DNA of 64,000 nucleotides, taken from Iphione sp. A-MEVVRFRX5 (lineage: Eukaryota). This document shows positions 62,295 through 64,000 of the stretch, piece by piece. Position numbers and translations under genes: made by a program. Position 1 is the first letter of the stretch, and each line of letters begins with the position of its first letter. The notes beneath the pieces were generated by a model. It worked only from the letters and a program-made list of their open reading frames with translations. It was not told the origin of the DNA and did not search any database. The stretch is from contig OZ320322.1 of assembly GCA_976226885.1 (NCBI GenBank), positions 7,316,001 to 7,380,000 on the forward strand. The letters are read 5' to 3'.

Positions 62295-64000
62295 CAGACA
62301 AAGTGAGAAAGAGACAGAGACAGAGAGAGAGAGAACACGGATTCCTACGTAAGGAAAATTGCTGGACTGTGGTAATTTCTCTCCATATTCGTTAAGCCTA
62401 TGTCTGGGTGGCATGGTCCATCCACCCATTATAACCTCTATATCAGCTGCACTCAATACAAAGTGGGGCTAAATCAACCTTTAATGATTCATCGAATGTA
62501 CACATCCAGGGATGAGACCTTGCCAAACACTGCTTCTATTCCCAGCAATACAGCTCCGTACCTACTGGAGAGTCTCCCATGGTAATATATATACTTATAT
62601 AAACAAGTATCCACAGATACAAAGTGTACAGATACTTTATGTGAGAAAAACTCACACTCATATACATGTAGATAAGGTGTGTGTAAAGTATTAAGCTGTA
62701 GTGGTAGTATGGCAGTATGGTAATGGTGTCTGGTTAGTTAAATGGTAATGATATATGAAACTAAATACATATGGTAAATGTTGTATAGTTGATATATTCT
62801 AATGGTACATCAAGTGAGAAGTAATGCTATACAAATATGACGAATGGTAATATGAATCGGCATATTGGTGTCTGGTTTGGAAACTGATCGATTCCATTTA
62901 AGCAGAATAGGATGTTGGACCTGAACAAATGACACCACGTGATCAATAAGCAATGGTCCTTCCATTATTATGGCTGACTTGACAATAGAGGCGGGGGGGG
63001 GCGTTCTGGTTTCGGGGGTAGGGTGGTGTAAAATTGCTCACCACAATAGACACCATCTAGCAGAAAGATTAGAATGAGTACAGGTAAACTCTCAACACAA
63101 AGAGAAAATCATTCACGAGACAAGATTGACTTGATCCAAGGTTACCTACCACAGGAAGCCACGTGCTCCACGGCCACCATGAACGTCATGGAGGCAATGC
63201 CATTCACACATGTAAAGGCTTCTACCCATTCAGTTATATCAAGTCTACATTAAAGGTCGTGTATACCTGAGTAATTAATCAATGAACACCTGAGTGAAAG
63301 ACTGCTAGATTGTACTTCCTCAGACCGGCAAGCTTATCTTACCATAAAAATACTTACCGCTATTAATATGAGTCTACAGTTGTACATTAATTCAGCCATA
63401 TGATGTGTAGGACAGCATAAACTACTTCTCATCATAGGAATCTGCAGGGGCTTCGTCTATTCAGTGTATATTACCCGAGATGCACATGTGGGGGACGGCA
63501 AAATTAACTTCCTCATGCTGACCAGCTTACCTTATAATATAAAGCTCACCACTTCAAATACACTGAGACTACATTAGGCCAAGTTACAGAAAATATCTGC
63601 TTCCAGTAACTCGACCGACTCAGTGTTAGGTGCTAATAGAGATTTTCAGGCTCTTCTTGTTTTGTGAATATCTAGGCAATAAATATATACATAAATAATC
63701 TACGCCGTAGAAATGATACTACGATATACATCTGTTGCTCTAAGTACGAATTAACATTCGGGAGAAAAAATTCCACCTACCTACTGAACGTACATTTGTT
63801 TCAGCTCATTATCAGAAACAGAGAACTTTTTATTTTAGGCCTTACTTCAGACCCATGTGTGTGTCTGTGGCAGGATGGTTTGCGGAGGCCTCGCCTATTC
63901 AATAATATGTCGTGTCTATGTTAATGGAGATGCATATGTGTGTGATGGACAATACAATCACTTCTGGAAGCCGACTAGGTGACATGATCGTATAAAACTG

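Overview
Animal (invertebrate-like) genomic scaffold with four N-gaps. The minus strand carries a multi-exon NACHT-WD40 (NWD1/NWD2-like STAND NTPase) gene. I resolved nine exons by hand (43332 to 5133); all have GT-AG junctions with matching phases and give 1707 aa, with the 5' exons not located. Its last intron (7176..31658) holds an apparently intact 22.3-kb Polinton/Maverick (adintovirus-type endogenous virus) at 8796..31100, with AGTAGT termini, TIRs and a 6-bp TSD (CACACG). The element encodes protein-primed PolB, packaging ATPase, rve integrase-chromodomain, major and minor capsid proteins, a basic core protein and an adenain protease, plus spliced accessory genes. The main novelties are four. 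(1) A NADAR/YbiA-like domain is fused in frame to the PolB C-terminus. (2) A head-to-head pair of LRR-mucin-stalk-TM receptor-like genes is present, and one gains a ~520-aa Pro-rich cytoplasmic tail through a phase-matched splice. (3) A phase-consistent spliced N-terminal extension of PolB is predicted. (4) Tandem duplications span splice junctions at 7 of 9 host exons, including an array of 7 in-frame alternative donors. The rest is intron/intergenic DNA with minisatellites, a truncated LINE, a MITE, a tRNA-derived SINE and a solo LTR. All homology calls come from motif recognition by eye; no searches were run.
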